Of a stretch of DNA of 64,000 bases, positions 26,774-39,497 are shown in pieces (within the stretch, counting starts at the first letter, position 1; the number at the start of each line of letters is the position of its first letter). Where the stretch lies: the NCBI GenBank assembly GCA_951406725.2, contig OX597818.1, positions 138,818,001 to 138,882,000 on the forward strand, given 5' to 3'. A model generated the notes under the pieces. It saw only the letters and a program-made list of their open reading frames with translations, ran no database searches and was not told the origin of the DNA. Source of the DNA: Octopus vulgaris. Lineage: Eukaryota. The translations under genes were made by a program, and so were the position numbers.

Positions 26774-26837
26774 TTTACTTCTGAAGATTGAATAAAGTCC
26801 ACTTAAGTTGTACTGAAGGTGCAGTCTTTGTAGAGAA

Positions 26838-27250
26838 CATCATCATCATCATCATCATCGTTTAACGTCCGTTTTCCGTGCTAGCACGGGTTGGACGGTT
26901 CGACCGGGGATCTGGGAAGCCAGGGTTGCACCAGGCTCCAGTCTGATCTGGCAGTGTTTCTACAGCTGGATGCCCTTCCTAATGCCAACCACTCCGCGAG
27001 TGTAGTGGGTGCTTTTTATGTGCCACCTGCACAGGTGCCAGGGGGGTCTGGCATCGGCCACGATCGGTTGGTGCTTTTAACGTGCCACCGGCACGGAAGC
27101 CAGCCAAGGCGGCGCTGGCATCGGCCACGTTCGGATGGCGCTTTTTATGTGCCACCGGCACAGAAGCCAGTCGAGGTGGCGCTGGCAATGGCCACGTTCG
27201 GATGGTGCTTTTTATGTGCCACCGACACAGGTATCACAACTACTATTTCC
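26838..27250 (-). mobile_element. Family C retroposon with internal tandem units
   Basis: (CAT)n followed by the reverse complement of the family C 3' block and repeated GCTTTTTATGTGCCACC. Confidence 0.9.
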
Positions 27251-28219
27251 ATTGATATTTGTTTCGGATAAATATATTCTTTATCATCATCTCTTCATCA
27301 TTGAGAGTTGTTGTCACTCTTATCTTTGCACTGCATCTGCACTGTATCAAAAAGTGGTTGCATTCAACTTATTGTCCATGATTAAAATTGTTTGAAAAAT
27401 GTGTTGAAATAATTATGTATATAAATATCACTTTAAGCAACTTAAAACTATGGTGTGATATTGAAGACATAATCTAACTATATCATTATTCTGCAGTGTC
27501 TGACTATATTTAATCAATATTTGATAAACCAGCTCACGTTTCTGCTCACTAATAACAAACACAACGTCCTACTTGTTTTCTAATCTTGACAAAGATATTT
27601 TTGTATGAAATCATGTTTAAAATATAAGTATTTTACTTGGTTTACATATTCTAAGAAAAGAAGTCATTTCTCCCTCAAACACTCAGCATTTTCTTATGGC
27701 ACCCTCTTAACATTTGCCCTGTTGTGTGAGCTCAAAGCTCCCCCTTTCAAGGATTGCTACTACTTATATTAAGAACCACTGCCATAGACCATTGCAGAAT
27801 ACTATAGAAGATATAATCCTGTTAATCAAATAAAGTTGATTTTCTGAGTAATGTTGTGACCTTCAAGTTAAGTGAAACATCTACCCAAATACTAATAGAA
27901 TATTAGTGTTAAATCAATTAACATTTAATTTTGTGCCTATTCGGGTAATTCTCCTGATTAATTATAGTAAGAGGAAAATGTGTTACAGTGGTAATATTTC
28001 TTATGATAAATAAAAGTGACAATAAACAACTAGGTTTGATAGAATACTAAAGCCCTTTCAGTGTTTACTGTTTTTAGCTTTTACTTTACTTAGCCATTAC
28101 TTCTGTTTTTGTCTGTGTCCTTTGTGCCATAGAAGCTCCCCAACAAAGTGTTCACAAGACACCAAACTGTTCATCATCATATAACAGTTGTTATATTACA
28201 AATAAATTCATATGCACAC

Positions 28220-28375
28220 AGACTTTTTTCAGTTTCTGTCTATCAAATGCACTCACAAGGCTTTGATTACCTTGAGTCTATAGCAAATACTTGCTGAAGG
28301 TTCCACACAGTGGGACTGAACCTTGAACCATGTGGTTGGGAAGTAAACTTCTTACCACACAGCTATGCCTGTGCA
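28220..28375 (-). mobile_element. Family A SINE 5' part, old copy
   Basis: CAGTTTCTGTCTATCAAATGCACTCACAAGG...ACCATGTGGTTGG. Confidence 0.75.
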
Positions 28376-28467
28376 ATAAACAAACAAACCAAAAAAAACT
28401 TGTAATTGGGGATCTTACAGCAAACTAGATTGTAAGAACACCAACAACAATTATATAAGTCCATTTA

Positions 28468-28984
28468 CCATAAATCCTCGAGTATAATCCGCATTTTCCC
28501 CCCAAAATTTAAAGGTCAAAATCCCTAGTGCGTACAATATATGAGGTTAAAAATGAAAATTATTTTCTAAGCAATGTCTGAGTTTCTATTTGCTGTCTGG
28601 CTATGTTTATTCAGACGCATTTTGTGATGTCAGGCACGAAAATACCTTAAGCTGACCCTGAAAGTAATGAAGTCATAAAAGAATCATCCATAACTTGCAG
28701 TAAGCAACATTTATTAAACGTTATTACTGTTATTTTTCTATTTTCTGCAAACAAAATGCACAAAAAAGCTACACATTTGCATTATTTTATATATACAATG
28801 ATAATAAAGGATGTTACCGTATACATTTTTACAAAACAAGGGCATTATATAGACTTCCTTCACTCAAGTCAGAGAAGGGGTGTGTATTATACACAAGGTT
28901 TAGGTTTTTCAGAGGTACAGCCCCCTAAAAATCCCCTGCGTATTATACTATACTCAAGGGCGGACTATACTCGAGGATTTACGG
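28468..28984. mobile_element. Tc1/mariner superfamily (pogo/Tigger-like) non-autonomous element
   Basis: TA|CCATAAATCCTCGAGTATAATCCGC ... GCGGACTATACTCGAGGATTTACGG|TA; ~25-bp TIRs with TA TSD. Confidence 0.9.
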
Positions 28985-29376
28985 TATATAAAATTATTGT
29001 TGGAGAAGCAGGACACCAGGAAAAGGAAAAATACATACAGGAACTACAAACTTATACATCACAATCATTCCAGTTGATATCAAGCATTTTACCTGGGTAT
29101 ACTATTAATGGGCTTGTAGTAACTAACTACAATAATAATGAAAATCACCTGATTCACACCATTCTTGGTATTGATGTCATTACTACTATATAGACATATG
29201 TGTTAGGTGTAATGTATCCTACATGCATAGCATATTCCCCAGCGCTTTTATTTTATGCATTACCATTTTCTCTTCTTGCCAGGTAATTCTTGAAAATTGT
29301 AGTTTGTTTTCTCTTGAAATATAACATACATACTTCAGACATTACTAATTTTAGGCTTCTCCATTTATTTTGTGCT

Positions 29377-29523
29377 GGTGTTTGTACATGTATGTGTCTC
29401 AAAGAGTGTCTGAGAGTACATGTATATGTAGAGTGTGTGTGTGTGTGTGTATGTGTGTGTGTGTGTGTGTGTGTGTTTGTACATGTATGTGTCTCAAAGA
29501 GTTCCTGAGAGTACATGTATATG

Positions 29524-29564
<41 letters not shown>

Positions 29565-29705
29565 TACATGTGTATCTCAAAGAGTTCCTGGGAGTACATG
29601 TATATGTAGTGTGTGTGTGTGTGTGTGTGTTTGTACATGTATGTGTCTCAAAGAGTGCCTGAGAGTACATGCATATGTAGTATGTGTGTGTGTGTGTGTG
29701 TGCGT
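29377..29705. repeat. Compound minisatellite: 4 x ~52-bp unit plus (TG)n
   Basis: TTTGTACATGTATGTGTCTCAAAGAGT..CTGAGAGTACATGTATATGTAG repeated four times. Confidence 0.92.
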
Positions 29706-29851
29706 GCGTGCATGCATGTGTGTGCGTGTGTGCGTGCGTGCATGTGTGTGTATATGTGTATAAACACATTTCCTCATGTGTGCACACACATGCATTTAAA
29801 CATGCACACAATCATGTCTGAGTATATGTGTATGTATAAAGACACACACAT

Positions 29852-29911
<60 letters not shown>

Positions 29912-30559
29912 TGTGTGTGGTGGGGGAGAAAACTAACATTTGAATATTGAAAATATAAACAAAGCCTACAGCTCGGAAAGCAGGATTTTAAATCTATTAA
30001 CCCTGTTTATCAGTAGCAGGTAAGAGTTTGATGTGCAAATAAACTTTATATTCTCATGCCTAGTTGATGTTGAGGTTAAAATATTAAGCATGAAACATTC
30101 CAAATGTCTGTATTCTGGCCTTGAACTGTGAACTTTTAAATGTTTTTAACATTGACTTTTCGTGAGAAGATGAAGTTTATTCACACATTGATCCCTTAGT
30201 TGCTGATGATAATTGGGGATAATAGATTTAAAAATCCATTTTCCAGCCTGCAGACTTTGTTTATATTTCTCAGATATTGCTCTGCAGATTATTTTATAAT
30301 ATAATATATTTCATATTGTAAATATTTTGTTTTATAATTTGAGTTCTTTAATGTACATATAAAACAGATAATGCTATATATATATATATTGCTATATATA
30401 TATATATATATATATAAGTAGTTGAATGAATTATCCTAGTATGGATAATTCGGTTAACCGATACCAGGGTAGCAAATTTACGTCAGAAAGCACGGTTGAA
30501 GCTACATGCCAAGGGCAGAAATCACGTGCTTTCATGTGGAAACTTGTGTGTTTTTTTAT

Positions 30560-30802
30560 AGATAAATGAAAGAATGGAGTCGAACGACGATTTAACAAAA
30601 TTCCTTTATTCTCGACATATGTTTCGAAGACTGCATATTCTTAATTCTGAAGGTATAAAGGAATAAAGTTCCTTGTCTTTCCTGATGAGAAGACGGCATA
30701 ATGCACCCTTTATTCCTTCGGAATTAAGAATATGCAGTCTTCGAAACATATGTCGAGAATAAAGGAATTTTGTTAAATCGTCGTTCGACTCCATTCTTAC
30801 AT

Positions 30803-30808
<6 letters not shown>
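30560..30808. repeat. 102-bp inverted repeat (3 mismatches) with 45-bp spacer; probable Penelope-like element end
   Basis: Arms 30560-30661 and 30707-30808 are reverse complements. Confidence 0.95.
30669..30767 (+). ncRNA. Type I hammerhead ribozyme, canonical core
   Basis: CTGATGA at 30682-30688; stem II GAAGAC/GTCTTC; GAAA at 30743-30746; palindromic stem III ACATATGT; GUC cleavage triplet ending 30754; stem I TTCCTT..TTTC / GAGA..AAGGAA. Confidence 0.82.
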
Positions 30809-30894
<86 letters not shown>

Positions 30895-30910
30895 ATAAAA
30901 TATATATATA

Positions 30911-31290
30911 TCATCATCATCATCATTTAATGTCTGCTTTCCATGCTAGCATGGGTTGGACGATTTGACTGAGGTCTGGCGAACCAGACTCCAATCTGAT
31001 CTGGCAGAGAATTTCTACAGCTGGATGCCCTTCCTAACGCCAACCACTCCGAGAGTGTAGTGGGTGCTTTTACGTGCCACCAGCACGAGAGCCGGTTTGG
31101 TGGTACTGGCAACGGCCACGCCCAAATGGTGCTTTTTACGTGCCACCTGCACAGGAGCCAGTCAAGCGGCACTGGCGACGACCTCGCTCGAATATTTCAC
31201 ATGCCACCAGCACAAGTGCTGGTAAGGCGACGCGGTAACGATCACACTTGAATGGTGGGCTTAACGTGCCATCGGCACGGAGGCCAGTTT
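30911..31290 (-). mobile_element. Family C retroposon
   Basis: (CAT)n tail, conserved block and diverged internal units. Confidence 0.88.
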
Positions 31291-31403
31291 GTTGCTCTGG
31301 CATATATATTAATAAATCTGCCTTCACTGAATTTTGTTTGATTTGCACAAGCCTGGAAAAGCAGACATTAAAATGGTATAAAAAGGTAAAGAGAGAGGGG
31401 GAG

Positions 31404-31434
<31 letters not shown>

Positions 31435-31659
31435 TGGAAGTTAGGTTAATAATTAGTATTGCTTGTTAATGAACTGCAAAACCAAGATGTCTTTTTAACC
31501 CAGTGGATGGTTTGCAACTTCTACTGCAAATATTGCATAAATGTCTCTTCTCAGTTTAAATGCAATGCAGAACTACAATAATTGGCATTGAAAACACGTC
31601 TCTTCAGGCTACCAAGAGAAAGACAGCATTTATTGCAGGTTTGGCTGACATGTTCTTTT

Positions 31660-32115
31660 TTTGCACATGGCCAGCAATTTCAGGGGAAGGTGTAAGTTGA
31701 TTACATTGACCTCGGTGTTTGACTGGTACTTGTTTTATTTATCATCATCATCATTGTTCGACCGTGGTCGAGACAATGGAATTTACCATGCTACGCCATA
31801 CTTCACGGTCCATCATGGCATTACGGAGGTCCTGTTGCTGGATGTCTGTATCCCTGGAGATTACATCAGGGTAGGAGAGTGTGCGCCCTCTGGTATTGCG
31901 AGTAGATGGCTTCCAGAGGAGAAGAGTAGAAATTACCTCTTTTTCAGCTCTACAACAATGTCCAGCAAACTGGACTCTCTTACCTTTTATTGATACTGAA
32001 AGGATGAAAGGCAAAGCTGATCCAGATAGCATTTGAACTCAGAATGTGAAATGGGAAGAAATGCCACTAAACATTTTGTCTGGCTTAGTAATGATTCTGC
32101 CAGCTTGTTGCTGCC
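31660..32115 (-). mobile_element. Family E SINE interrupted by an RTE LINE fragment
   Basis: ACTGGTACTTGTTTTATT [RTE] GATACTGAAAGGATGAAAGGCAAAG. Confidence 0.8.
31740..31984 (-). mobile_element. 5'-truncated RTE-clade LINE 3' end
   Basis: ORF 31751-32032 contains RVQFAGHCCRAEKEVISTLLLWKP...AMMDREVWR; near-identical to 5600-5851; TSD TTTTATT at 31733-31739 and 31985-31991. Confidence 0.9.
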
Positions 32116-32410
32116 TTAGAATTGTGAGGATATATTACCAGTTTGTTTTGGTTCACGTACCCTTGAGTGACTAACAAAATCAGCTCTTAGAAAGTCATAC
32201 CAAGTTTCAAGTTGAACATTTAAAGGAATTATTGATATTTATAGAGGTTTCCTTTCCTAGGGTCATATTTCAGTTTGGCATGTTTAAAGCAATTAATTCC
32301 CTTCAAAATGCTTGGGCACATTAAGTATATTTTTTCTTGATGATATCGTACCAATTGCAATTTTTCTCCAGCTTCTTATATGATCATAAAAAACCTTTGT
32401 TCAAATTTAA

Positions 32411-33023
32411 CCCTTTGACATTTAAACTTGCCATATTTGTTCAAAGTATTCTACCTGTTTTAAGTTCAAACTGGCCAGATCCAGTCCTTCACACCTATCA
32501 TACAATGTCATTCTAAAAATATCATTCTGATCATTCAAATCTTATAGCTACAAAATTATGCAAGATTAATTCAAAACAGTGTGGCTGTGTGGTAAGTAGC
32601 TTGCTAACTAACCACATGGTTCCGGGTTCAGTCCCACTGCGTGGCATCTTGGGCAAGTGTCTTCTGCTATAGCCCCGGGCCGACCAATGCCTTGTGAGTG
32701 GATTTGGTAGATGGAAACTGAAAGAAGCCTGTCGTATATATGTATATATATGTATATATGTGTCTGTATGTGTTTGTGTGTCTGTGTTTGTCCCCCTAGC
32801 ATTGCTTGACAACCGATGCTAGTGTGTTTACGTCCCCGTCACTTAGCGGTTCGGCAAAAAGAGACAGATAGAATAAGTACTGGGCTTACAAAGAATAAGT
32901 CCCAGGGTCGATTTGCTCGACTAAAGGCGGTGCTCCAGCATGGCCACAGTCGGGTGACTGAAACAAGTAAAAGAGTAAAAGAGTAAGTATTACATTTGAC
33001 AGAGAAAACTGAATGCTGAAGGG
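32411..33023. mobile_element. piggyBac-like MITE family P2 with nested family A SINE
   Basis: TTAA|CCCTTTGACATT ... AATGCTGAAGGG|TTAA; the halves join into a ~210-bp MITE once the SINE is removed. Confidence 0.85.
32579..32986 (+). mobile_element. Family A SINE
   Basis: Near-identical to other young family A copies. Confidence 0.93.
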
Positions 33024-34917
33024 TTAAAGCTTGTCTTGGTATCTTTACTTCGGTTTGTAAGAAGGTTTTTTTCTCCAAGAGCATAGTTCTCCATAGAGTA
33101 GATGCTTTGGAATTCTTTCAGCTTCTCTATACATTGTAAGAGAGCTTCTGTGCTTACAGCACTTGCGAACAACAAGGTTTCAACATCTAACTGAGATATA
33201 TGCATATTTTATTGAAGACACTTAAAAACTGAAAATGCATGAAGGTTTGATGATGATTCAATTGTGCCCCAGTTTGGCTTCATTGTTGTCAAGAGATATG
33301 TCTTCTGTAGAATATGAAAAATTTCTATACATTGTGTGTTGAAATGATGCATAGTGGGATAGTGAAATGTTATAGAACATTTGAATATTAAAAATTAAGG
33401 TCTTGGGGATGAGGTGAAAGGTTCACTTCTGAAAGCTCTTGAAGGAATAGTTATGTTTGCTTATTGGATATGTGTGTATATGTCAATATACATGTACAAG
33501 TATACACACATGTTTGAAAAGTAAGCCCACTTGGTGTGTGTATATACATTGCATGTATACACATGAACTCAATCATATACACAAATGTCTTTTCAAAGAA
33601 TATTCCCTACCACATTCATACATGTATCTATACACATATCCACACATCTACACATTCTTATATATAATGAATTATTTCAACTCAAGTTTTGGGGGATTTT
33701 TTTTTTTTTTTTTTTTTAATTCTTTGTTCTTCTCTTCCATTTCTACATGCTCCCTTCTTGGTTTTATTATGTTCTTGCCAATGCAATGAATTTTTATTAT
33801 GTGAAACAAGGAATATTTAATCTGTTTCTTAATATTTCCATTTCTGACTTTAATGTGCTTCAAACATTCTACATGAGAAATCTATATGAGAGTACGTTTC
33901 TGATATGGTCCACGTGCCTTCCCTTCCACCTTCCTCAAATAAACTGAATGCAGAGGGGGGGGGGGGGAAGAGGTTATAATATATCAAAATAATAATTAAA
34001 AGGAGAGAAAAAAAAAATGCAATTGAACATTCATTGATTAATGAGAGAAATATTTTCATAACTGATTCAGAACTTGCAATTCGTCCAATGTAAATTATCA
34101 TTTCGAAAAGAAATTGGTTTCTGTCACTTGTGATTATATTTTGTCTGCTTTAAAATGTTAATAGCCTTCAAATAATTAATTTTGTTTTTATTGCTTTATT
34201 ATTATTGTTTCTCTTGTAAAATCTTTTAAAATAATTATTATATAGTAATAATAATAATAATAATAATAATACTAACAAGAAAAACAATAACAACAGCAAT
34301 AATAATAATAATAATAAATAGCAAATTAAGAGAATTAAAATGAAAAATATAATTGTCAAAAGTTAATTCCTTTACAAAAATGTTTTATAGTAAATTTTGT
34401 TTCACTTTTATGACCGCTATTGCAGTATTTGCCTTTGCTTTAAATGAATCCACCCCCCTCCAACATCCCGAAATATTATTGAATTATTTTGATAGATTAC
34501 AACATTTGTTTGTTTGGTCTGATATAGAAGGGGGGGTGGTGGTGAAATAAATGTCACATTGGTGAAGTAGATAGAATCTTAGCTTGTTTGGTTAAAGGAT
34601 TAGCAACAGACATTTTGTTTACTGGTTTTAATATGTTACACTTTATTTTCACCTTTTATATAATATGGTTCGTTATGAAGATGCTAATTGATAAACAGGG
34701 AGAAAAGGAAGAATTATGTTCGTGTTCATCACCAAAGTTATTTACGGTGACTTTCCCCATTAGCATGAAGTGAATGGTATTATAGCTTTATATCTATTAA
34801 ATGAGTCTGATAAAGTTGTTAAAGATGGTTGCTATTGAACTAGTAGTACAAATACTATGACGGTTAACTAATTTTCTTTATCCTCCCCGTACCCCCTCCC
34901 TCTATCTGTGGCTGCTC

Positions 34918-35298
34918 GGAGGCGCAATGGCCCAGTGGTTAGGGCAGCGGACTCGCGGTCGTAGGATCGCGGTTTCGATTCCCAGACAGGGCATTGTGAG
35001 TATTTATTGAGCGAAAACACCTAAAGCTCCACGAGTCTCCGGTAGGGGATGGTAGTGATCCCTGCTGTACTCTTTCACCACAACTTTCTCTCATTCTTAC
35101 TTCCTGTTTCTGTTGTACCTGTATTTCAAGGGGCCGGCCTTGTCACTCTCTGTGTCACGCTGAATATCCCCGAGAACTACGTTAAAGGTACACGTGTCTG
35201 TGGAGTGCTCAGCCACTTACACGTTAATTTCACGAGCAGGCTGTTCCATTGATCGGATCAACCGGAACCCTCATCGTCGTAACCAACGGAATGCTTCC
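34918..35298 (+). mobile_element. Family B tRNA-derived SINE, full length
   Basis: GGAGGCGCAATGGCCCAGTGGTTAGG A box, GGTTTCGATTCCC B box; 14-bp TSD ATCTGTGGCTGCTC at 34904-34917 and 35299-35312. Confidence 0.95.
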
Positions 35299-35599
35299 AT
35301 CTGTGGCTGCTCATTACATTCTCCCACTCGTCTTTTGCAATCTTGTGAACACATCCACCCACTCACCCTCTCCTATTCCTGGTCCACTTTTCTCTATATT
35401 CATTTCCCTGTAATTTGGGTATCTGGCTCCTGCCCTCTTCCCATCACATAGTCACTGTCTTCTCTCTCTCCTCTCTCTTCACCTGAGGTAACCATGTCTC
35501 TCTTCTAATGCATGATACCTTTTCTGTTCCTCTGTATTACTCTCCCCACCTCACCATCAATTGAGGTGTTTTTGTCCTGCAAGTTACTTGGTTACCTCA

Positions 35600-35960
35600 C
35601 TGCTACCAGTGCCACATAAAAAAGTATTAGTGCACTCTATAAGGTGGTTGGCGTTAAGAAGGGCATCCAGGAGTAGAAACCATGCCAGAGCAGACAGTAG
35701 GGCTCGCAAGTCTTCTGACTTAACATTTTCTGTCAAACCATCCAACCCATGCCAGCATGGAAAAGCAACATCTAATGATGATGATGAAGGTGATGGTGGT
35801 GGTGGTGGTGGTGATGGTGGTGATGGTGATGGTGATGGTGGTGGTTGTGATGATGGTGGTGGTGATGGTGATGGTGGTGATGGTGGTGATGGTGGTGGTG
35901 GTGATGATGGTGATGGTGATGGTGATGGTGATGGTGATGGTGATGGTGATGATGATGATG
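35600..35960 (+). mobile_element. Old family C 3' end with tail expanded into (GAT/GGT)n
   Basis: GTTGGCGTTAAGAAGGGCATCCAG..TCCAACCCATGCCAGCATGGAAAA followed by a ~190-bp trinucleotide tract. Confidence 0.8.
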
Positions 35961-36727
35961 TATAAAAAAAACTGGCATAGATATTGTGTCATGCATGTCA
36001 TTTGAAGGGACAAGTCCATAGCTGCTTTGATTTATGACTGGAAAGATAACAAAACAAAAAAGGCAAATAGTTAGTCCAATAGATGCCACTTATTTAGTTT
36101 GATGAGGACACGACTGTATTTCTCATTACACTTTTTCAGTATTTCCTAATTTAACTCATTACATTCTATTTCGGTATTTCCTAACCCTTTTTTTTTAAGT
36201 CATACCATCTGTGATAAACAAGATGAATCAGCCAGCAGTCTTCCTTAAATCTTCTGTAGTAGTTTTCAAAAGTAGATGGAAGTTCAATTTTTGTATTCCT
36301 AGCATCCCTAAAAGAAATTTTAGTACCCTAGGTTGGGAAAACACTGCTCTGATGCTTATGGTTTTCTCAGTCTTTCAATTCAGTGATTCAAAGAAATGAA
36401 AACATCAGTGCTGAAGCTTTTATCTTCCAAATTTTCCAAATAAACCACTACATAGAATAGGAGATCACTGGAGGCTAGAGATAGATATATTTTGCTGTTT
36501 GTGTTTGGTTAACAAATTAGATAATTTATTAAAACAACCTGATTAACTTAGCTGGTAATTCCTGCTTTCTTCATCTTATTTATTTGCATCACTAAGTTTC
36601 ATATTGTTCATAATGTTTGCAGACAGTAAGAAAACAATATACACATTGAAATATTTTTTAAAAATCAACAAACAAGAAATAGTGAGTGATTTACGTGCAG
36701 TAAAGGGACAAGATCACTAAAAGTAAT

Positions 36728-36890
36728 CCCTTTTTGCTATAAGCACAAGGTCTAAAATTTTGTGGAGAGGGAGCTAGTCAGTTTCATCAACCCCAGTGCT
36801 CAACTGGTATTTATTTTATCAACCCCAAAAAGACGGAAGATAAAGTCGACCTTGGCAGAGTTCGAAATCAGAATGTAAATGCCTCTAAGA
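36728..36890 (-). mobile_element. Family E SINE, diverged
   Basis: AACCCCAGTGCTCAACTGGTATTTATTTTATCAACCCC..AAAGTCGACC. Confidence 0.75.
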
Positions 36891-37196
36891 AATTACCCCA
36901 CTCCCAAATAAGGAACCACTTCAAAGGATAATTTGTGGCACATCCCACACAATTCCAGATTATCCCTTATACACCAAAGCTAATGTCTTTTCCCAAGTTT
37001 TACTGCCAGCCTAGCTGATTAATGTGAGTAGGTCCATATAGTGATATCAGCCTCACCATCCACACCCAACTTTTATAAAATAAACTGGAAGGAAGCACAT
37101 CTCTGTACTTTATCCTTTATCTTAAAATGGTACTTAAAAAGTTGATGAGGACTTGACCCGAGACAGAAAACTCTGTCCTTAAACCTTTCGACCATA

Positions 37197-37600
37197 GGCG
37201 CAGGCGTGGCTGTGTGGTAAGTAGCTTGCTTACCAGCCACATGGTTCCAGGTTCAGTCCCACTGCGTGGCACCTTGGGCAAGTGTCTTCTACTATAGCCT
37301 CGGGCCGACCAAAGCCTTGTGAGTGGATTTGGTAGACGGAAACTGAAAGAAGCCTGTCGTATATATGTATATATATGTATATGTGTGTGTGTGTGTCTTT
37401 GTCCCCCTAGCATTGCTTGACAACCGATGCTGGTGTGTTTACGTCCCCGTTACTTAGCGGTTTGGCAAAAGAGACTGATAGAATAAGTACTAGGCTTACA
37501 AAAAAAAAAGAATAAGTCCCGGGGTTGAGTTGCTCGACTGAAGGCGGTGCTCCAGCATGGCCGCAGTCAAATGACTGAAACAAGTAAAAGAGTAAAAGAG
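37197..37600 (+). mobile_element. Family A SINE
   Basis: Full-length match, tail GTAAAAGAGTAAAAGAG. Confidence 0.93.
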
Positions 37601-38534
37601 TATGTCAATTACACAGCTTCCTCCAGTCTACCACCTAGCAGAGGTGCACAACCTGCTTTTCCTTGCCAAAGAAAGGTGATGAGTTGATTTTTATGGTAAA
37701 CTAAGCTGATAGCCAGATCTGTCTTGCATATGGTAAGCGTTAGACACAAACCCATAATTATCAATGCACTTAGACTAGATGAATGGTTGCATGCTGAACA
37801 GGTTTGTCATCTTGTTCACATCTCACTAATGACTCCACTATGACCAGGCATATAGTTTACCCCAAACAGGCAAAGCTCCCTGTAGCATTGTCAGGTCAAG
37901 GCCCTTTGGAAAGTCTTCATAAACCTTAACCTGAAATTTCTCCACAGGAAACTAGTTGGATTGTCCTTGTTGGTGCCCAGAATCACACTCAGGCTGTTGT
38001 TGCTCCTATTCTCTCCTAATCCTCTTTACTTCCTCCTCTAATATACTGTTTCATTTTGCTATATAGTTGCTAAAACTGGCAGATTCTGCTCTAATTTTCC
38101 CTTAGATTCAAGCAATATTGACAGATCATTTTACATTAAAAAAAAAAAAAGTAGCACAAAGTTTTCAAAACTATTAGATTATCATAAAGTATTCCAGAAT
38201 ACTAATTTTGATAGTAAATGCAAAGTGTTTATATAAGGATTACTTATAGGTCAGTTCTAATTCAGTTAATCAATTTATTTGTATTCTTATTTATATTCAA
38301 AATTAAAATTTTAAAGTAGTAAATAACCCAAATAGAAAAATCAAAATGTTTGCAGTCCTGAAAAGTTACTATTCGTAACCTAATTTGGCAAGGCACTAAT
38401 TGCTTCTGTTAATTCCTGCTTAGCAAATGGATTAGCAAATTAGTTGATTTGTTAATCCATTCTCTGAAACTTTTCTGTGTTAGGAACTATCAGATAGCAG
38501 CAGCAAGAATAGTAATTTTCCCTATAATATTTAA

Positions 38535-38754
38535 CCCTTACGTTACCGTATTTATTTTGAGATGCTCCGCGTTTCTTTCAATTATTTTAAATATAGCAAA
38601 GAATTTAGTAAAATAACTTGGTTATCATTAAGCTAGTGTTAGGAACATAAATTGTGACTAAGGTTTGGTGGAAGATCTTAATTCAAAACTTATGAAAACA
38701 AGACATTTGTACTCAGAGCCAGAGCCGGTTTCAGCCGGGTTGGTAACGAAAGGG
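38535..38754. mobile_element. piggyBac-like MITE family P1
   Basis: TTAA|CCCTTACGTTACC ... GGTAACGAAAGGG|TTAA. Confidence 0.92.
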
Positions 38755-39099
38755 TTAAACCATTTCTCCAAATAGAAAGTACTTGGTCTATTTATTTAAA
38801 ATCACTAATAGATCATGATTTCTTTAAGATTAGAAATACTTATTGTTTTAATTAATATCATACCAATAGGTTACAGGTATTTCATTAAATCCAGAGATGA
38901 GTTACAACAGGATTTGAATACACAAACTGAATTATGAAACTAGGATTCATTAAGTTTGGTGTTTATAACAGCAGATTATTAAAAGCCCTATCTCTACTTC
39001 TTTCTGCAGGAAATTATTCCAAAATTTTGCTTCCTTCTTCCTATATATATGTCATATTTTCTGGTTGTTATCTTTTTATTTAATCCTGAAAATATAAAT

Positions 39100-39118
39100 A
39101 TATATACTAGTATATATA

Positions 39119-39159
<41 letters not shown>

Positions 39160-39202
39160 AATATATATGTATATATATTTTGTATCTAATAATATATGTA
39201 TA

Positions 39203-39268
<66 letters not shown>

Positions 39269-39349
39269 TATTATGAATGTATATGTATATATATGTGTAT
39301 ATATATATGCATATATATATATGAATATATATGTATATATATATATGTA

Positions 39350-39404
<55 letters not shown>

Positions 39405-39497
39405 CATATATATATATGTGTGTATATATGTGTGTGTGTGTATGTGTATATATACACACACACACACACACACACATACACACACACACACACACAC
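39100..39497. repeat. (TA)n/(TG)n/(CA)n complex
   Basis: Direct inspection. Confidence 0.95.

Noticed and set aside
28756-29193. 145-aa ORF
   Set aside because: It runs across the right TIR of a non-autonomous transposon and has no transposase motif.
34918-34990. tRNA gene
   Set aside because: It is the tRNA-derived head of a SINE with TSDs and multiple copies, without a proper acceptor stem.
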